From NCBI GenBank assembly GCA_963807085.1, contig CAWEBB010000012.1, forward strand, positions 126,913 to 190,912: DNA of 64,000 nt. Direction: 5' to 3'. Shown here piece by piece: positions 1 to 10,549 of this stretch. This DNA comes from an uncultured Alphaproteobacteria bacterium. GTDB lineage: Bacteria > Pseudomonadota > Alphaproteobacteria > Bin95. Below the pieces are notes generated by a model, which was given only the letters and a program-made list of their open reading frames with translations, searched no databases and was not told where the DNA came from. How positions within the stretch are numbered: the first letter of the stretch is position 1; each line of letters begins with the position of its first letter. The translations under genes and the position numbers were made by a program.

Positions 1-996
1 TCGCCGTCGGCGAGTATCCCATGCCCTCGCCCGGTCCCGGCGAAGTCCTCATCAAAATGCAGGCCGCCGGCATCTGCGGCACCGACATGCAGATCTACAA
101 ATGGGCGCCCCGGATGCGCGCCCGCGTGGCCGTGCCGCGCATCCTGGGCCACGAGATGGCGGGCCATATCGTCGAATGTCGGCGAGGGCGTCAGCCGTCT
201 GAAAAATGGCGATTTCGTCTCTCTCGAAAGCCACATCTATTGCGGCCACTGCCGCCAGTGCCGGGCGGGCCAAGCCCATGTCTGCCAGAACCTCGGCTAT
301 CCCGGCATCTCCATCGACGGCGGCTTTGCCGAATACGCCGTCGTTCCGGAGCAGATCTGCTGGGTGAACCCGCCGGACATGGACCCCTATATCGCCGCCA
401 TGCTGGAGCCCTACGGCATCAGCGTCTACGCCAGCGCAGTCGGCACTGGCGTCGCGGGCCAGAGCGTCCTTGTCAACGGCTGCGGCCCCATCGGCATGAT
501 GAACGTGGCCACCGCCAGAGCCCTCGGAGCCGCCCAGGTGTTGGCCGTGGACCCCAACCCGAAGCGCCGGGCCATGGCGGCGCAGATGGGCGCCGACCGC
601 ACCCTCGACCCGTTCGAAGAAGATGTGGCCAAGGCCTGCCTGGACATGACGCTGGGCTACGGCATCGACGTCGCCATCGAATATTCGGGCACGCCCGCAG
701 GCTTCGAGGCCTGCACTGCGGCTTTGCGCAAGGGCGGCGAGTTCCGCCTAGTCGGAGGCCCGCCGGAGCCGCACGCCGTCACCTTCGCCGCCTGGATCTA
801 CAAGGCTATCACCGTGCATGCCGTGCACGGGCGCAGGCTCTGGGGCGACTGGGTGCTGGGGCAGGACCTGCTGCGGGCGGGCAAGGTCGATCTCTCGCCG
901 CTGGTCAGCCACGTGCTGCCTCTGTCGGAGAGCGGCAGGGGCTTCGACCTGATCCTGGCGGGCGAGGCGCTGAAGCCGATCCTGGTGCCGGACTGA
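1..996 (+). pseudogene. Zn-dependent alcohol / L-threonine 3-dehydrogenase-like (MDR family); 5' end outside window, one frameshift
   Basis: The frame of ORF 21..1010 is open to base 1. It reads ..GEVLIKMQAAGICGTDMQIYKW..ILGHEMAGHIVE (Zn-ADH signature) and then turns into Arg/Pro-rich nonsense. Shifting +1 near nt 175-178 gives VGEGVSRLKNGDFVSLESHIYCGHCRQCRAGQAHVCQNLGYPGISIDGGFAEYAVVPEQICW. That frame runs into ORF 364..996 (VLVNGCGPIGMM Rossmann motif), with stop TGA at 994-996. Confidence 0.75.
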
Positions 997-1027
997 CATT
1001 CGCGAACTAAAGCAAGGTGAACGGCAG

Positions 1028-2671
1028 ATGAGCGAAGCTAAGGTGATGGACGCCCCCCAGGCGAAGAAGGGCCAGGGCGACTATGACGTCATCGTCATCG
1101 GCGCGGGCATGTCCGGGCTCTACCTGATCCACAAGCTGCGCCAGTTGGGCCTGTCATTCCGCGTGTTCGACAATGGCTCGGACGTGGGTGGCACCTGGTA
1201 TTGGAACCGGTATCCTGGGGCGCGCTTCGATAGCGAAAGCTGGTCCTACGGCTTCGCGTTCTCTGAAGAAGTGCTGCAGGAGTGGAACTGGCGCGAGCAT
1301 TTCTCGGCCCAGCCGGATACGCTCGCCTATATGGAATACGTGGCGGACAAGTTCGACATGCGCCGCGACATCACCTTCAACGCGGAGGTCACGGCGGCCA
1401 GCTGGGACGAGGCCACGCGGCTTTGGACCATCACGCTCCAGAGCGGCGAGCGATACAGCGCCAACCTGTTCATTCCGGCACTGGGGCCGCTCTCGGCCCA
1501 TGTGATGCCGGTGATCGAGGGCGTTGGTTCATTCTCAGGCCCCGCCTTCCACACCGCCCGCTGGCCAAAGGAGCCAATCGACTTTTCCGACAGGCGCGTC
1601 GGCATCATCGGCACGGGCGCCACCGCGATCCAGGCCATCACGGAAATCGCCAAGACCGCCAAGCACCTGACCGTTTTTCAGCGCAACCCGAATTGGGCCG
1701 CCCCCCTGCACAACCGCAAGATCACGCCCGAAGAGCAGGCCGACATCAAGGCGCGCTACGACGAGATCTATGAGCGCTGCCGCGACACCGCCACCTGCTT
1801 CATCCACAATGCCGATCGGCGCAAAGCTTTGGAGGTCTCGGCGGAAGAGCGGGAGGAATTCTGGGAAAAGCTCTATGCCGAGCCGGGCTTCGGCATCTGG
1901 GTCGGCAATTTCGCCGACGTGCTGGTCGACAAGCGCGCCAACAAATTGCTGAGCGACTTTATGGAGCGCAAGATCCGCGAGCGGGTGAAGGACCAGCGCA
2001 TCGCAGACCTGCTCATCCCGAAGAACCACGGCTTCGGCACCCGCCGCGTGCCGCTCGAAAGCGGCTATTTTGAGGTCTACAACCAGGAGAACGTGCTGCT
2101 GGTGGACCTGAACCAAACCCCCATTGAGCGCATCACGCGCGCTGGTGTGAAATGCTCGGATCGGGAGTATGAGCTGGACCTGCTGATCTACGCGACCGGC
2201 TTCGACGGCGTCACCGGCCCCTACGACCGGATCGACATCCGCACGTCGGCGGGCCGGGTGCTGCGCGAGGACTGGGCGGAGGGCCTGCCGCGTACCTACC
2301 TCGGGGTGCAGACGGAGGGCTACCCCAACATGCTGATGGTGCTGGGCCCGCACACGGCCCGCGGCAACATCCCCCGCAACAGCGAGCAGATCATCGACTT
2401 CGTCGTCTCGGTCGTGAAGCACATGCGCGACAACGGCTACACCAGGATCGAGCCCCGCCCGGAAAAGGTCGCCGAATGGGGCGAGCACGTCGAAGAAGCC
2501 GCCAAGCCCCTGCTGGCGAGCCAGATCAAAAGCTGGCAGACGGGTGTGAACCGCAACGTGCCGGGGAGGGATGTGCTGCGGGTGCTCGGCTATACTGGCA
2601 GCGCCAAAAAATACCGCCGGATCACGGAGGCCGTGGCCGCCGGCGGGTTCAGGGAGTTTGAGGTGGAGTGA
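1028..2671 (+). CDS. Type I Baeyer-Villiger (flavin-containing) monooxygenase
   Basis: Intact 547-aa ORF. It has the FAD motif VIVIGAGMSGL, the BVMO fingerprint FSGPAFHTARWP and a second dinucleotide motif GIIGTGATAIQ. Confidence 0.85.
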   Translation: MSEAKVMDAPQAKKGQGDYDVIVIGAGMSGLYLIHKLRQLGLSFRVFDNGSDVGGTWYWNRYPGARFDSESWSYGFAFSEEVLQEWNWREHFSAQPDTLAYMEYVADKFDMRRDITFNAEVTAASWDEATRLWTITLQSGERYSANLFIPALGPLSAHVMPVIEGVGSFSGPAFHTARWPKEPIDFSDRRVGIIGTGATAIQAITEIAKTAKHLTVFQRNPNWAAPLHNRKITPEEQADIKARYDEIYERCRDTATCFIHNADRRKALEVSAEEREEFWEKLYAEPGFGIWVGNFADVLVDKRANKLLSDFMERKIRERVKDQRIADLLIPKNHGFGTRRVPLESGYFEVYNQENVLLVDLNQTPIERITRAGVKCSDREYELDLLIYATGFDGVTGPYDRIDIRTSAGRVLREDWAEGLPRTYLGVQTEGYPNMLMVLGPHTARGNIPRNSEQIIDFVVSVVKHMRDNGYTRIEPRPEKVAEWGEHVEEAAKPLLASQIKSWQTGVNRNVPGRDVLRVLGYTGSAKKYRRITEAVAAGGFREFEVE

Positions 2672-2715
2672 AGAGACGCACACTTGGAACGGTCTGGTCC
2701 AGTTCGAGCGCGCAA

Positions 2716-3969
2716 TTACGCATCAGAACCTGAAGCCCATCTGATCTTGTCAAAAAGGGCGCCGAGTTGCATTAGCTCGCCCTGGCGCTGGGTGTCGGCT
2801 TTAAGAAAAATGCTTTTGAGTTGAGTGCGCAAAGTTGTCAATTGCACTTCGAGTTCGCTCGCGGCCTCTGCCAATGTCGTTCCACTAATGATCCGTTCCG
2901 CAAGGCGGGCTTCCGCCGGTGTAAGCTGAAATGCAGCTCGCAGGTGGCGTTGGACTGATGCCGACGTCTGGACCTTGGAGACAACCACAAGCGCCAAACG
3001 ACGGTCAGTAAGGTCGAAGATGGCTGTCCTCGGCAGTAACGGGGCTACGACGACGACCCATCGGCGGCCATCCGGCAGGTCCAACGCCATCGCGCCGCCG
3101 CTGTCGCCATCATCCTCTTTTTTTAATTGAGCAGCGTTTTCAATCAAATTCCGGAGCTTGGCCGTATTGCTTTCGTCCGTAGCTTGGAACCGGCCTTGCC
3201 TCGAACAAAGCACCGAGGAAGCTGCGAGCATTTCTTCCGCGGCAAAATTGGTCCGAATGATCCGTGTTCCGGCATCGACGACGAGTACGGCATCGGTAAG
3301 GCGGTCCAATGCAGCGCCGATCAAACTGCCAGCCTGCCGTGCTGCCCGCATACGCCGGTCTATGTGCGCTACTCGTCGCAGATGGGGCATGATTTGCGCC
3401 AGTAACGACGTCTCAGTTGCGTCGAAAGGCTGCTGCCCTGGGCTGCGCATGACAGCAAATGCAGTCGTTATATTGTTCTCCTTGTAAGCATAGGTGCCGA
3501 GAAGGTAGCGGCGTCCGGCTGGGAGACTGTAGTCGGTGAAATACTCGCTGCGGGATACGGCCCTATCGTCGATGTAGTCGGCGCAATTCATCGGCGTAGC
3601 CAGCGGAAGGCTCCGCAGAATTTCCCTGCGCGGGTTCATGCGATGGAAATGGTCCCATTCCGGATGATTGTCGGCGAATGAGTTCGACCGGTTGCTTGCA
3701 ACGCGGGCGCTGGCCGCCTCGTCCCACAAGAACATATGCGCGGAGTTGGCACCGAACAGCTGATCGAACAAATCGAGTGTTGCGGTCCAGGCCGTCGGTT
3801 CAGTGGCTGCCTCATAGAGGCCATCGATGGCGCGATGGAGGAGCCGATCTCGACCAGTTCTATGTATCACGAGTCCCACCCAACAACTGACCGTGCGAAG
3901 TTGAGCATACACTCCATTCAATTGATCAGCAATTCTCTCCCGTTCACATGCTAATTTCCGGCCGCACAA
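2716..3969 (-). CDS. LuxR-family transcriptional regulator
   Basis: C-terminal LuxR/GerE helix-turn-helix (LTPAEARLAERIISGTTLAEAASELEVQLTTLRTQLKSIFLKADTQRQGEL). The N-terminal part carries a typical LIDGLYEAA-type sensor region. The maximal ORF is given; the true start is uncertain. Confidence 0.75.
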   Translation of the reverse strand: MCGRKLACERERIADQLNGVYAQLRTVSCWVGLVIHRTGRDRLLHRAIDGLYEAATEPTAWTATLDLFDQLFGANSAHMFLWDEAASARVASNRSNSFADNHPEWDHFHRMNPRREILRSLPLATPMNCADYIDDRAVSRSEYFTDYSLPAGRRYLLGTYAYKENNITTAFAVMRSPGQQPFDATETSLLAQIMPHLRRVAHIDRRMRAARQAGSLIGAALDRLTDAVLVVDAGTRIIRTNFAAEEMLAASSVLCSRQGRFQATDESNTAKLRNLIENAAQLKKEDDGDSGGAMALDLPDGRRWVVVVAPLLPRTAIFDLTDRRLALVVVSKVQTSASVQRHLRAAFQLTPAEARLAERIISGTTLAEAASELEVQLTTLRTQLKSIFLKADTQRQGELMQLGALFDKIRWASGSDA

Positions 3970-4047
3970 CCCCCAAACGGATGATGCCGGGTTTCGATGC
4001 TCCGTATACGGTCTTGGCTTTCAACGAACTTGGACTGGAGCAAAGAG

Positions 4048-4692
4048 ATGAAACTATTTGACAGCTTTGGGATGAACCCGCGTACGATCCGCTTTTACCT
4101 GCTGGAGAAGGGTATAGATCTACCGCGCCATGAAGTGGACATCCTGGCAGCGGACAATCGAAAGGCCGAGTTTCTCAAGCTCAATCCGGCCGGTCAAACT
4201 CCCGCACTTGCGCTCGACGATGGCTCGGTCATCAGCGAGACAGTCGCAATTATGGAGTACCTCGAGGAGAAGCATCCCTCGCCACCGTTGATCGGCAGCA
4301 CATCCGAGGAGCGCGCAAAAACACGCATGTGGTGGCGCCGCGCCGAGATCAACATCTGCCACCCGATGGTGCAGGGTTTCTATTACGCCGAAGGCCTTGA
4401 GCTCTTCAGGACGCGCATCCGATGTTTGCCCGAAGCTGCCGATGGCATGAAGGAACGGGCCCGTGACGGCATGCGATGGATCGATGGCCTGCTGACCGGA
4501 GAATGGCTGGCGGGCAACCGGTTCACGGTCGCCGACATCTGTCTGTACTGTTACATTGATCAGCTATGCGATGCGGGCCAGCCCATTCCGTCCGAGTGCA
4601 GAAATCTGCTCGCGTGGTTCGAGCGCGTCGGCGCCCGCCCGGCAGCAGAGCCCAGTATCTGGAAAGAGCGGCCAATGGGCATGCGCGGCTAA
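4048..4692 (+). CDS. Glutathione S-transferase family protein
   Basis: ATG at 4048 with GGAG 7 nt upstream. Thioredoxin-like N-domain (MKLFDSFGMNPRTIRFYLLEKGIDLP..NPAGQTPAL..DDGSVISETVAIMEYLEE) followed by a helical C-domain. Confidence 0.8.
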   Translation: MKLFDSFGMNPRTIRFYLLEKGIDLPRHEVDILAADNRKAEFLKLNPAGQTPALALDDGSVISETVAIMEYLEEKHPSPPLIGSTSEERAKTRMWWRRAEINICHPMVQGFYYAEGLELFRTRIRCLPEAADGMKERARDGMRWIDGLLTGEWLAGNRFTVADICLYCYIDQLCDAGQPIPSECRNLLAWFERVGARPAAEPSIWKERPMGMRG

Positions 4693-4729
4693 AGCGTTTT
4701 CCCAAATGGCGGCATCACTCAAATCCCCT

Positions 4730-4868
4730 CTCCCGCGAAAGCGGGAGCCTATGCCTGAGAGCTTTCCAGAATGTGCGAGCTTTGCGTTTGGCTCTCAGGC
4801 ATGGATCCCTGGTCAAGCCGGGGAAGAGTGATGGAGCGGAAGGTAGCGTTGGGGGCTTCCTCCGCTCC
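4730..4868. repeat. Cluster of three intergenic stem-loops (REP-like)
   Basis: First: CTCCCGC-GAAA-GCGGGAG at 4730-4747. Second: ATGCCTGAGAGC (4751-4762) pairs with GCTCTCAGGCAT (4791-4802). Third: GGAGCGGAAG (4833-4842) pairs with CTTCCTCCGCTCC (4856-4868). The third lies just downstream of the ALDH stop on the minus strand. Confidence 0.5.
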
Positions 4869-4880
4869 AGACCCGGCCGC

Positions 4881-6317
4881 CTACGCGCCCCAGCCGCTGA
4901 CGGCCTTGACCTCGCAGAACTCCTCGATGCCCCAGACGCCGCCTTCGCGGCCATTGCCGGAGGCCTTAGCCGCCGAACGGCGCGCCCGCGCCGCGCGGCT
5001 GGCCGTTCATCTCGACCATGCCCGAACGCAGCCGGCGCGCGACGCGGTTGCGCCGGTCGACGTCCTGGGTCTGCACATAGTTGGTCAGGCCGTAGGCGGT
5101 GTCGTTGGCGATCTGGATCGCCTCCTCTTCCGTCTCGAACGGGATGATCGACAGCACCGGGCCGAAGATCTCTTCCCGCGCGATGGTCATGTCGGTTGTT
5201 CACGTCGGCGAACACCGTGGGCTGCACGAAATAGCCGCGGTTCAGGCCATCCGGCCGGCCGGTGCCACCGGCGACCAGACGGGCGCCTTCGTCGATGCCC
5301 TTGCGATGAGGCCCTGGATCTTTTCAACTGCGCCTCGCTGACCACCGGGCCCGATGTGGCGGCCCTTGCTGCCGGGCGTCCCGACCTCGATCTGCTCGGC
5401 GGCCCTTGGCGGCTTCTCCACCGCCTCTCGTAGATCGGCCGCTCGACCAGCATGCGCGGTGGGCGCGTTGCAGGACTGGCCGGTGTTGTTGAAGCAGTGC
5501 AGCACGCCGCGGCGACGGCCTTGTCGTCGGCGTCGGCGAAGACGATGTTGGCGCCCTTGCCGCCCAGCTCCAGGTGCACCCGCTTCAAGGTGTCGGCGGC
5601 GTTCTTCGAGATCGCGCGGCCGGCCCGGGTGGAGCCGGTGAACGACACCATGTCGACATCGGGATGGCCCGACAGCTGGGTGCCGACGCCGGCGCCGTCA
5701 CCGTTGACCATGTTGAACACGCCGGCCGGGCACGCCCGCTTCGTCCAGAATCTCGGCGAACAGCGAGGGCGTACATCGGCGCGATTTCCGACGGCTTCAG
5801 CACCATGGTGCAGCCGGTCAACAGCGCCGGGATCACCTTCAGCGTGATCTGGTTCATCGGCCAGTTCCACGGCGTGATCAGCGCGCAGACGCCGACCGGG
5901 TCCAGGATGATGCGGTCGTTCGGCGCATGGTCGCCCAGCGGCCGGATCGAATTCGAAGTTCTCTGCCGCTTTGATGAAGTTGGCTATGTGACGCAGACCC
6001 GCCGGCGCTTGCTGCTGCTTCGCCATGTCGATCGGTGCACCCATTTCCTGGCTGATGGCGGCGGCGATGTCGTCCATGCGGCGCTCGTAGATTTCGCCGA
6101 TGCGCTTGACCACTGCCAGGCGTTCCTCCGGCGGAGTCGCGGCCCATGCGGGAAACGCGGCCTTGGCAGCGGCGACAGCGGCGTTGGTATCGGCCTCGCC
6201 GCCCAGCATGATGGTGCCGAAGGCCTCTTCGGTTGACGGATCGATCACATCCAGCTTGGTGCCCTGCTGCGCTGCCACCCACTGACCGTTGATGTAGAAT
6301 TGGTGCTTTTCTTGCAT
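4881..6317 (-). pseudogene. NAD(P)-dependent aldehyde dehydrogenase, multiply frameshifted
   Basis: Starts MQEKHQFYINGQWV at 6317. ALDH sequence can be followed across five ORF-track ORFs in all three minus-strand frames (5187..6461, 5585..5857, 5242..5505, 4715..5227, 4966..5190) plus short unlisted stretches. Recovered segments include ..[34 protein letters not shown].., ..[12 protein letters not shown].., ..[39 protein letters not shown].., ..LHCFNNTGQSCNAPT.., ..[14 protein letters not shown].. and ..[18 protein letters not shown]... The tail ..APFGG/(F)[28 protein letters not shown] ends with stop TAG at 4881-4883. Confidence 0.85.
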
Positions 6318-6451
6318 GATTTTGCTCCTGCTTTTCCGCGAACCAGCTGGCGGTACGCCTTTGCCATATGCCCAATCTCTTAGATGTGGTCTCGTCACAT
6401 GACGGAAACGATCAGTCATCCGGTCGCGGATCGCGGCCAGGCTCCCTGTGC

Positions 6452-8159
6452 CTACTTGCATTTTTTCAAGTACGGTTCCGCGCTTTTCACGCCGACCTCC
6501 TCCGCCTCCTTCAGCATGGCAACCCCCTCGGCGCGCTTTTTCTCGCTGGGTGAACCGGCGCGGTCGGTGCAGAGCATCATGCCGAGCTCGGCCTTTGAGG
6601 CGGTATGGCCGAAGCGAATCGCCCTTTCGAAAGCCTTTCTGGCCGAATAGTCAGCTCGAGGCGTGCCCTGGCCATAGAGGCGCATGAAACCCTCCATATA
6701 GAGGGCATGCGGCACGCCGGCCTCGGCCGCGTCTTTGATGTGCTCGAAGGCGCTCTTGTAGGTTTTGGCCCGGTACTGGGCCAGACCCAACTGAAGGCTC
6801 GACTGCGGGTCGCCCGCTTCCGCCCCGGCAGCGAACAGGGCGAGCGCCTCGGCGGCCCCGTCTTCACCTCCCGAGGCGAGCGCCAGCCTGCCCAATTCGC
6901 TGTAAGCCTCGACAACGCCGCCGTCGATCGCCTGGCGCAGATAGCGTTCCGCTTCGCCCGCGTTCCGGTCCTTGAACCAGTTCTGCCGGATGCCCCGGCC
7001 GAGCCAATAGGCGGAGACCGCGTTGCCCTTGTCCGCCGACGCCTGCAAGGCGCGCTCTGCCGCCGGAATATCCCGTTCCTGCCCCGGCAGGCCGAAATAC
7101 CGAAGCGCCAATGCGGGTTCGGCCAGAACAAATTTCTCGTCGCGCAGGGCGACAAGCATGGTTTTCGCGCGTTCGGCGAGCGCCGGATCGCGGCCGGACC
7201 GCGCCATGGCATCCAGCACGCGCGCGGCGGAAAAGCGGACCGACGGCGCATCCGCGCCTGCCTCCAGCGCGGCGTTGCAGGCAGGCCAGGCCTGGTCTGT
7301 GTCGATCAGATGCGCCGGCGTCGCCTGGTCGAGCGGGCCTCGCCTGCGGCCCGGATCGAACGGGCTTTCGGCCAGAAACAGGCAGAGCTTTCCCATGACA
7401 TCGGCTGTCGCCGCAGTGATGTCGGACGCAATGCGAAAGGTCTCGAAGCCGCTGGATGTCGACCTGATGCCCTTCCGGCGAATGCTCAATATTCCGCGAA
7501 CTCTCGTCCTTCACATCAAGCATGAAATGGAGCGATCGTTCGTCGGCCACGCGCACCCGGGTTGGGCGGGTTTCGATGCTGCCGTTCCATTCCGCGGGAT
7601 CAATGTCTTGGGGTTTGAACCGGGAACTCATTTCGCTGTAGAGAAAGTTGTTGCCTATCTTCCGAATGTAAAAGTAATCATATTCCGTCTTATCTTTGAT
7701 TTTCATCTCTATTTGGGCGATGTAAATATACCGATGTTTAGAGCGGTGCACGGAAAACGGCCGACCCCCGAACGGCGACGATGTTGCGCTGCGGAAGAAA
7801 CGCTTCGTCTGTTGCGCATCTTCCGCAGCGGGGAAGGGCTTGGTAAGATAGCGGCCGTCGGAACGGACCAACAGGTAGGCCGCGACGGTCGGCGGTCGCT
7901 TCGGGTCGCGAAGTGCGGCGGCTTTCTGGCCGTACACCCTGACGCCAAAGCGCGACACCTTGATCACGGCCAGCCGGTCGGCCTTCGCATCGAGCCGCAA
8001 CCCTTTCGTCGGGTCGAAAATCGGTGTGTCAGAGATGATGCCGCGCGTTTCCGGAATGCCACCGATGCCAAAGGGCAGAAACCCATAAGTCTTTGAGGAA
8101 ATGAACGAAGAAACGACCAGCGCAACGGCGGTCATTACCCATTTTCCAAATCTCGGCAC
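6452..8159 (-). pseudogene. Membrane-anchored protein with C-terminal Sel1 (TPR-like) repeats; apparent frameshift near 7440-7512
   Basis: ORF 6864..8159 begins with a hydrophobic anchor (MPRFGKWVMTAVALVVSSFISS). A plausible domain of about 220 aa follows, then nonsense. ORF 6452..7489 is in the +1 frame, with a TGA at 7511-7513 just upstream. It carries Sel1 repeats (..GNAVSAYWLGRGI.., ..VVEAYSELGRLAL.., ..GVPHALYMEGFMRLYGQG..). The two ORFs overlap by about 600 nt, so a single frameshifted gene is the simplest reading. Two separate genes cannot be excluded. Confidence 0.55.
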
Positions 8160-8463
8160 TATGTGCGCTCCTCATGTTGCCTGGTGACTGAGAGGGTGTT
8201 TACCCCGTTTAATGTTAAAGTCCGGGTCGAACTGTCGCCATAGAAACATGATCGCCAGCATGTCCCGCCATGTTGGTTATCACCCCGTCGGCCTTGGCTG
8301 TCGGGATTGAACGCTCTGCAACATTTTCGTTGCACTGCTGCGGTGGTCCGGCGCACCATGCTTCAACCGGCGCCGATCCATGTCCGGCACAAGCGATAGG
8401 GCACGGAGAAGCGCGCGCCGGCAACGCACAAGGACGACGCTCAAGGACCGGGAACACGCGCTG

Positions 8464-10512
8464 ATGCCCAACGATCTAGAACAAGGAACCCAGGCAGGCA
8501 CTAGTGGACCGCGATGTGTTGCGCTGGTGGGGCCTTACCTGTCCGGCAAAACCTCGCTCATGGAAAGCATGCTGCACGCAGCGGACGCCATCTCCCGGAA
8601 AGGGACCGCGAAAGAGGGCAACACGATCGGCGATGCCAGCCAGGAGGCCCGCGCCCGTTCCATGAGCACGGAAATCTCTGTCGCCGAATGCGAGTATCTG
8701 GGCGACCATTGGACCTTTTTGGACTGTCCCGGCTCTATCGAACTCGCCCAGGATGCCAAGGCCGCCTGCATGGTGGCGGATCTCGCGCTCGTCGTCTGCG
8801 AGCCACAGCCGGAGCGGGCGCTGACGATCGCGCCGCTTTTGCATTTTCTCGACGAGCACGCCATCCCCCACATGCTGTTCATCAACAAGATGGACACGAC
8901 CCAGATGCGCGTGCGCGACGTGCTGGAGGCGTATCAGGCTGTCTCCTCCCGGCCGCTGGTGCTGCGCCAGGTGCCAATCCGCGAGGGCGAGCACGTGACC
9001 GGCTATGTCGACCTGATCAGCGAACGCGCCTATCGCTATCAGGAAGGGCAACCGTCGGAATTGATCACCATTCCGGACGAATTCCTGGACCGGAAGGAAG
9101 AGTCACGCCAGGAAATGCTGGAGGCGCTGGCGGATTTTGACGACGCGCTCCTGGAGCAGCTTCTGGAGGACTCGATCCCGCCCAAGCAAGAGATTTACGG
9201 CCATCTGCAGACCGACATTGGTCAGGATCTGGTCGTGCCGGTGCTGATCGGCGCGGGAGAGAAGGACCACGGCGTGCGCCGCCTGCTGAAGGCGCTGCGG
9301 CACGATACCCCCGGCGTGGGCCTGGCGGCGGAGCGCCGGGGCATCGACCCTGCCGGCGGACCGGCGATTTAACTGTTCAAATGCGTCTATGCGGGCCATA
9401 GCGGCAAGCTTGCCTATGGCCGCGTCATGGCCGGGACCGTCAAGGAAGGCGATACGCTGGGTGGTGAGAAACTGAACACGCTGCTGGCCGTTCAGGGCGG
9501 ATCGACCGCGAAACGCAGGCTGGCCGAGACAGGCCAGGTGGTAGCCGTCGGCCGCGTCGAAAGCCTGAACGCCAGCGAAGTGCTGAACGGCTCTGGCGAA
9601 CGCAGCGTTGCCGCGGATTGGCCCGTACCGCCGCCATCCACCTATGGCGTCGGCGTTCAGGCCGAGAACCGGCAGGACGAGGTCAAGCTCTCCGGTGCGC
9701 TGCAAAAACTGCGCGAGGAGGACTGTTCGCTGGTGGTCGAGCAGGATCAGGAACTGCATCAACTGACCCTTTGGGGCCAGGGCGAGCAGCATGTGGCGAT
9801 CGCGCTCGACCGGCTGAAAAACCGCTTCGGGGTCGCTGTCACGACTTCCCCCGTCGCCACACCCTATTGCGAGACGATCCAGGCCGGGACCGAGCAGCAT
9901 TCCCGCTTCAAGCGCCAGTCCGGCGGCCATGGCCAGTTCGGCGATGTCCAGATCACGGTGCAGCCGCTCGGGCGGGGTGAAGGGGTTCAGTTCGCGGAAA
10001 AGGTCGTGGGCGGCTCGGTGCCGCGCCAGTATATTCCGGCTGTTGAAAACGGCGTGCGGGAGGCGATGCAGCGCGGCCCTCTGGGTTTCCCGGTCGTAGA
10101 CGTGCAGGTAACCTTGACCGACGGCAAGCACCATTCGGTCGACAGTTCCGAGCAAGCCTTCAAGACCGCGGGCCGCATAGCGGTGCAGGAAGCCTTGCCG
10201 AACTGCAAGCCGGTGCTGCTGGAGCCGATCGTCCACCTGACGGTTTATACGCCGGACAGCGCGACTGCGGCGGTACAGCGCCTGCTCTCCGCAAGACGCG
10301 GCCAGATTTTGGGTTATGATGGGCGGGAAGGCTGGTCCGGCTGGGACCAGATCGAAGCGCACATGCCCCAGGCCGAAATCCGGGACATGATTGTGGAGTT
10401 GCGCTCGCTCACCATGGGGGTGGGCGGCTTCGAGTGGCGGTTCGATCACCTGCAGGAACTCTCCGGCCGCCTAGCCGACGATATAGTCAAAGCGCGCGAG
10501 GAGGCAGCATGA
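8464..10512 (+). pseudogene. Elongation factor G-like GTPase (EF-G paralogue) with an in-frame TAA at 9370-9372
   Basis: ORFs 8380..9372 and 9427..10512 are in the same frame. G-motifs are GPYLSGKT, DCPG and NKMD. Across the stop the sequence reads ..DPAGGPAI*LFKCVYAGHSGKLAYGRVMAGTVKEGD (EF-G domain II), and domains III-V continue intact to 10512. Confidence 0.8.
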
Positions 10513-10549
10513 CGCTGTCTGCTTCGCACCTGCCTGCCTGACCAGGAGA

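Noticed and set aside
9103-10449. 448-aa minus-strand ORF
   Set aside because: It is antisense to the EF-G-like gene and has no recognisable motifs.
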